DNA from: Flectonema sp. DT1601
Lineage: Eukaryota
Length of the DNA stretch: 64,000 bases
Direction: 5' to 3'
NCBI GenBank assembly: GCA_964019425.1
Contig: OZ025780.1
Location: forward strand, 558,001-622,000
Position numbers and translations under genes: made by a program
Notes under the pieces: generated by a model
Told to the model about the DNA's origin: nothing
The model's database searches: none
Seen by the model: the letters and a program-made list of their open reading frames with translations, nothing else
Shown: positions 57,314-64,000 of the stretch, in pieces
How positions within the stretch are numbered: the first letter of the stretch is position 1
Layout: every line of letters starts with the position of its first letter

Positions 57314-60091
57314 AAATCTCAATTACGTACCATCATAATAGTACTAAATAGTTGTGTGATATCAGGCAATTATGGATTTGGGTATGGGTTTGATTCACCA
57401 GTTGATCCTTTAGCTGAGGTACCTATATCACCTAATTATATGTGTTCGTTAGATACTGATTGTTCTGTTGGAGTTAGAAGAAGTATAACAGCAACTTGTA
57501 GGGATGGAAGCTGTTTGTGTCAGTTTCCTCATATGATTGATTCAGCTGGTAGTCGGTGTGTTTGTGATTCTACTGGAGCTGTTTATCACATAAAGAGTAG
57601 TCGATGTTCACCTACCTGTGATCCTTCTGTTGATTATGGATGGCCTACCTCATGCACACTTAGTGACTTGAATAATCCAACTTCTGACTATGCCATTGAA
57701 TGCACTGCTGGTGCAGTTAACGACGGAGGCTATTGCTTTCCCTGTTTCAGTTCTTCAGCGTGTGTTGAAACTGTATTGCCTGCGGAAGGGGTTAATTGTG
57801 TTGATGGTCGCTGTGTTTGTTCACCTCCGTTTTCATATAATAATGGACTTTGTTTATGTCCAGATGATCTTGTGAGTCCATTAAACGGATCTTGCATTAC
57901 CCTACCTGGATGTACTGCAAGCCATGACTGCCTTCCTTATGTTGAAGCTGATGGTGTGCGAGCTTATCCTTTTAGCAGTGACGCAATATGTGGTTCTGAT
58001 GGGTTGTGTACCTGCCAAGGTCAGTTTAAAAAAGTTGGTCGAATCTGTGGATGCAAGCTTGCACCCATAAAGGAATATCGCTTTGACGTTGGTAAGTGTG
58101 CTTGTACAACAATAACATCGTGTTTTAAAACAGTACCTGTCAGTGAGCCATATGATGGTGTCTGGGCTGTTCTGTGTGCCAATACAGGCGACTGCATATG
58201 CAGTGACCCATACGTGTTAGATCCACTAACCCAGCAATGTGTATGCAAGTCTGGTCTTGTTCAAGACCCGACGGGAATCTGTCGGGTTTGTTCAAAAAAT
58301 GAACACTGTGCGTCTGCGGAGTTGTTCTCAGCAGTGCCAGATATCATTTGTCCGTATTATAGTTGTATTTGTCCTGAAGGATTATTGGGTGGTGGTGATC
58401 AAGAGTGCAGACTTTGTACTGCAAATTCAGAATGCTCTCCTTACGAAACAGAACTGACTGGGATAACCTGCAGCAGTAATGGATGTGTTTGTGGAACAAC
58501 ATCCATGGGATCACAGCTGGTGTTGTATTCTGGGAAGTGTGGATGTGCTGATGTTGGGTTTATCCTAGACTCAAGTGGTGAATGTATTGCGACAGACTCA
58601 TCACTCTGCGTTAATAACATCGACTGTGTTATTGTCGGATCACCTGAACCATCAAATGGTGTCACATGTGAAGTAACAACTGGTAGGTGTCGTTGTTCAG
58701 GTGACTTCGAGTACTCGGATTTAACTCAACAAAGCTGTAGATGCAAACCTCCAAAAGTAATGTCATCGATAGGTACTTGTGGTGTTTGTGTTGGTTTTCA
58801 AAATTACGAATGTCTCTCCCGAACAGCAACATCAGCTGTAGACTCTCCTTTTGATGTTATCTGCGGTGAGGATTTCAAATGCACCTGCACTGGAGACTAT
58901 GAACTCAACGCAGTAGATGAACGCTGCCGATGCAAATCTCAGAATGGAGTTTCTCCGGCAATGGATCCCATCACAGGTATGTTCTTTATTTATTTATTTA
59001 TTTATTTAAACCAAACCATCATAAAACCAATAACAGGATATTGTTTCGTAGAATGTACTACCGATGAAAGCTGTTTCGATTCATCATCGCAGAAGAAGGA
59101 AATTGGTGAAGCAAAATGCAATCAGAAAACGAAACGATGCGAATGTGGATTTAGTAACCCAGAAATGTATAATCTGAACTACGTATTACTTCAGAATAAT
59201 AAATGTAAATATGAACTTTATGTGTCAGTTGCGAAACCGACTGACACAGAACTAGTCGACAGATTTTGCAGCGTTGATCTCGACTGTGTGCCTGGTTTTG
59301 ACGTCGTTCCTGCAGGTGTTTCCTGTAGCAGTGAACGAGGGATATGTATCTGTACTGGCGACTATGAGTCTGTCCAAGGGACTGTTTGCGCGGAAGTCGG
59401 AACTCCTGAACCACAAGTTAATATGTCGGTTAGTTTATTGTATGCTGATATGAATTGTCAATCACAAAATAAAACAAAATTAATGTCAGAAATCAACACA
59501 GTCTGGGCAAAGGTTTACAACATCAGCGAATCTGATATTATTTCAGAGCTCAAGTGTGGATCGATAGGTGTGAGGTCAAGGTTAAAAATCTTAGCAACGT
59601 TATTAAAAACTCATTCACGCAAAGCCTTTAAACAACTTTTACACGATAGTGAACTACTATCAATTCTTGGTGAGCCTTCAGCGGTACAAACTGATACCGG
59701 GACATCTTTATGTCCGATTTCGTTTCCTGTTAAAGCCTCTGAGAGTTTTCTTGGAGTGTGTCAAGCGACTGTTTGTGCTGAGGGATACACTTTATTAAAA
59801 TCTGAAATGTTGAGTGGAAAAGACTGGTGTTATGATTTGTTCACAACACCGCAACCTCCAACTGTTCGTTCCATTGGAAAACCCCGCAGTGAAACCATAA
59901 CCGATACTATTATTGTTTCTGTTAGTTTGGTTTTTATATTAGCAATGATCATCTTCTTATCTGTTCTTCATCGAAAGTATGCATCACGTCGTAATAAAGC
60001 TGTGTACGCTCCCTTATCTAATGGTTTAAGAGAGGAACCTGAAAATGAACTTTTTATTAAAAATGCTCCTGATATGAGTGACAGTGAGTAG
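57311..60091 (+). CDS. Cys-rich EGF-like repeat type I membrane protein; probable 60-nt intron 58977-59036
   Basis: Signal peptide, repeated CxxxxxC..CxC modules, TM near the C-terminus. Confidence 0.85.
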
Positions 60092-60142
60092 GTTGTAGTA
60101 GTGCCTATATTGAGTTTCGGAGGTTTGTGATGGAAGTTGTCT

Positions 60143-60173
<31 letters not shown>

Positions 60174-60354
60174 GAACTTTTGCGATTTATATCTCAAAAA
60201 AGAATCGGCAAACCTTCACTTTTTTTTACTTTTTTACTAAAACGGTTTTGTTTTGTTTGTTGCGCAACTGGAATAAAAATCCTAAAAAAGGAATTGGTCA
60301 GCAGATACGCTGTCACGAATTCTCTTACTACTCGAACAAGGTTTGTAAGTACAA

Positions 60355-60386
<32 letters not shown>

Positions 60387-61761
60387 CTCTTTTTTTGCAT
60401 TCATTATTTATTGTTTGTGAAGTCTTTCTTTTAAATTACTTCTTTTTTCAAAACCCTTAAAAAGAACAGGGTTGTCAGGAGGGGTTGAATATTTTTCTTT
60501 TTTTTTTTTATAGAACAACTCGAATCTTGTTTTTCTTCGATCTGTAAAATAAATGAAGAATCGTGAATGCGACTTCATTCTTTATTTTATATTATTTTAT
60601 TTTTTCCCTTCTTCAGATCATAATCTGTTCTATTGTACTGATGCGGGATACCCAGACCTCTCGTAGTCATCAGTTTGTATTTTGCTAGCCAACTATTGTT
60701 GCTGACGTCAAAAATTCAAATTGAGCAAAAGCAAATAAACATTGCTAGCCCTATCCTGGCGAGCTCCGATGGATTTTTATCTTTAAACGATAGCAACTTC
60801 AACATAGAATGAAGTCCCTTAGAACTTACTGATGAAGGCCTAAAAAGGGACAAGTAGTATAAGATTAAGGCCTGAAACTACATATTCTATTACCCTTTTG
60901 ATGTTAGGAAACTGCAGAAATGAATACTTTTCTTTTATTAATCTCTACTTTTCTTATTCTCACTTTTCTGTTCTAAAATTAATGATACTAACTATTGATG
61001 CATGTGAATCCTTTGTTTCAACTGTTGGTCAAAGTACCACAAAACACGATCTTCACATTTTGTCTTTACGGTAGTCGTGATTTAAGGCAGCATTCATTTA
61101 GTCGCTTATGTATTATTCTTTAGTTTATTAATATCGAGTTTTTTTTTTCAAAATCTATTTTGAGACCTTCTTGTTCTTTTAGTTTATTTTCTCATCGTTT
61201 TGCTTTTTTCTCCCCCTCACATCTTCAACTTCTGACAACAATCAGAATTCATTGGCATCATAGAACTTGTGATGGTTTTCACCATCGTGCCTTCCAGAAT
61301 ACATTGGCATGTGTGTAGCTCAGACGAGTCTGATAACTACTGCCTGGAACGAATCCGTAAAGAGATTTGTCCTCGATGGTTCTAATGCACTAGCACAAGG
61401 CCGGGTGTAATGAAACCATGCACGATGAGTAGTCTTCAGACCACTACAATCTTAACAAAAGATTACGTGCTGTCCTCTTAGTTTGTTGTATCGGTGCAAA
61501 AACTGATTGTTGTTAACGTTGTTCTTTTATTCATTAATTATAATAACCGAACAGTCTTTTTTTATGAGGCTGATTTACACCAAGCAGTCAACCTCTTGTG
61601 GGTTACATTTACACCTTTTTTAAAAAAAAAAAATTATCTATAAATTATGTGAAGGAAATCTGTCTTGTGATTGAATTTATTCAACATTTTTATTAATTAT
61701 ATTTCTTCTTTTTTTTCAGGGATTGACGTGGGACTTCGTAACCTTCCACTGGCATCCATAA

Positions 61762-62430
61762 ATGTGTACGATGGGTAGGGGTACCCGATTTCTATTATTT
61801 TTTGTATTAGTGATTTACGGCACACCTTTAGTTGATAGTCATGACATAAAGTGTGGATGTGAGAACGAGGATACAGCAACTTCTCAAGAGGGACTATGTT
61901 ATAATAAAGGAGAATGTTCATCTCTGAAGGGTTCATGTACTAAATACTCAATTCAATGTGGTGGTTGTGAATATGATGAAGGTTCTGTTAAGATTGGAGC
62001 TCCTCCGGAATTGTTTGACTTATCAGGAGCGGGGTTTCGAAGGGGTATTAGATTTAGATTAAAAGCGTATGGTTCTTTTACATGGACTGCTGTCACATCG
62101 TGTTCTGTTGCTAAGAATATCGGAAGTGGATTACAACTATCTTCTGAGTGGACTATCTCACCTGGTATCGTTGACTGGATAGGAACACAACGACTGTTGT
62201 CTCTTCCAATTATTTCACTTTCTTGGAAGACTGCACAGTCAAGATGCATCTCTCTTGGTGGTCGTCTTGCTACTCTTCGAGACTATCTCGACATACGCAA
62301 CTCCTCGGTATCTTCACCATACCTTGTCCCATGTTTGAATTGTTGGGCTGGTCTTCCTTTTGGTCAACGCAGTTGGACTCTTCCTAACGGAGATTCGATT
62401 TCACCAAGGTTTGTTATTACTTCTCTTCTC

Positions 62431-62463
<33 letters not shown>

Positions 62464-64000
62464 GTGAACTTTGGAAACCTGTTCATCAGAGCTTGTTCTT
62501 TTAAGTTACAACTATAAATATATTTCTATTCCAGTTGTGTTTACTTGTTGGGTTCATAACAATATAAATATAAAAAACAAAACCACAGCAACGGTACCTG
62601 CGCAGTCCTTTCTCTAAACTATTCAATTCAAAGAGTAAGTTGTGAGGAAATAAATAATTTTCAATGTTTTATTTATGAAGCTGAAGAAACTTCATCGGAG
62701 AAGACTTTACAAGTATGTTATTTCTGTTTTTTTTTTTTTAAAAAAACAACAAACAACAAACAACAAACAACAAAAAAACAAAAAAAAAAAAAAAACAGTT
62801 GCAATTTAGTGCACCGGTAACACCGCTTGCTGCAGTGCCAAGGTTTAGTACGTTGTCTGAAGAGGAGTTTATTCAAGTAACTGTCGATGTGTTGATGTCT
62901 TCATTGGGATTGGAATTACCACTGATACCGTATGGGTACGCGGTTACTAATTTTCAAAACCCAGATTATAAAATATACATCAGAAGATTTAACATCGTCT
63001 ACGATAACACCAACGTAGAATACGATCAACAACAAACCATCGCTTCAACAGTAGTACAAGATGTCATTGGACAACACCGTTTTGAACAAGGAGGATGGCA
63101 ACTTAGTTCGTTAAAACCAGAATTATCAACTAGTGGATCATCTATAATTGTTATGTACGGAATGACACTTCACATAACTTCAATTAATCTAAAGTCGTTT
63201 CTCATCTCTGATGATGAACTCTCAAAACTACTAAACGCTACTGTTATGAATAATAATTTTGAGAATCTTCAGTCGAATCTACGAGTCCTTTCGATCAAAG
63301 AGTTGTCGGGTTCCGACCCTGTTCAGAATATTAATAATAGCAAGCCAGTTGTGTCCTCTCCTTCAGATACGATTCCAGTATTCCTGATTGTGGGTGTTGG
63401 CGCTATATCAGCCATTTTGGTGTCGGTTTACGTTGTTGGTACGGTTAGGGTATGTTGTTGTCGTTGTTGTCGTTGTTGTTTTTTTAAATGATGGGAGAGA
63501 AAACAAATGTTAGAAGTTCTTTTATTTTATTTATCGGATGGTAGTAATGAAGACAGAGCTGGTCGTAGCTATCACGCTCTTGGTTGGCAGCTGGCGTAGG
63601 GCTGGCCACATCCATTGAGCCTACTGGCTTCCTGGCCTGTGGTCAGCCCTACGCCAGCTGCCAAACCGGACGTGATAGATGTAAGGCATAGTTGGACGCC
63701 ACTGTGGCAACATAACAAAACAAAAGTGTTGAGTAAATTTTTTTTTTTTAAATGAAAAAACCAACAATAAAAAAAACAAAAACAGAACACAAACAAAAAC
63801 ACTGAAGATCCTCCAGCAGTAAAAGAAGAAGAAATCAGTGATGAAGGCGGTACCAACAGACGTGTTGAACAAGAAGGTGAACAAAACATGTTGAGCATCG
63901 CTGGCAGTAGAAACTCTCGCAGAAGAACTTTAGTAAAAGAAGAACAAGTTAGAGATCCGGGTATTGAGTTCGCGAATAGTGAGGTTGAAATGGGATCTAT
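61762..64000 (+). CDS. Multi-exon C-type-lectin-like membrane protein, runs off the window
   Basis: SWKTAQSRCISLGGRLATL..WAGL..C..C; in-frame GT-AG introns 62409-62588, ~62713-62798, 63450-63785; TM near 63370-63445. Confidence 0.75.
63569..63678. other. GC-rich intronic long hairpin
   Basis: 27-bp arms 63584-63610 and 63638-63664 with one G-U pair; outer CTATCACG/CGTGATAG. Confidence 0.85.

Overview
Eukaryotic DNA, very probably from a diplonemid (Euglenozoa). A diplonemid-type spliced-leader exon sits at 1924-1961 and the rRNA fragments are euglenozoan-like. The left ~44 kb is a nest of mobile elements. A HERO-like RLE non-LTR retrotransposon (5320-25671) is split by a TATE/VIPER-like tyrosine-recombinase retrotransposon (12084-23632). 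Both are invaded by two unclassified, tail-less, 5'-truncated families (A, ~1.36 kb unit; B, >8 kb with a coiled-coil ORF and a hairpin satellite). A and B share a covarying 3'-terminal stem-loop and form head-to-tail chains. DNA transposons (MULE-like carrying 28S rDNA, a CATAG-TIR element, a hAT fragment) are also present. The right ~19 kb holds seven host genes, all on +. Highlights: the A/B system, a -1 frameshift cassette with ~1 kb of dual coding in the YR element, an SL-capped retrocopy next to its unspliced acceptor, and tRNA-like Pol III boxes in several elements. All coordinates were read by eye and no searches were run.
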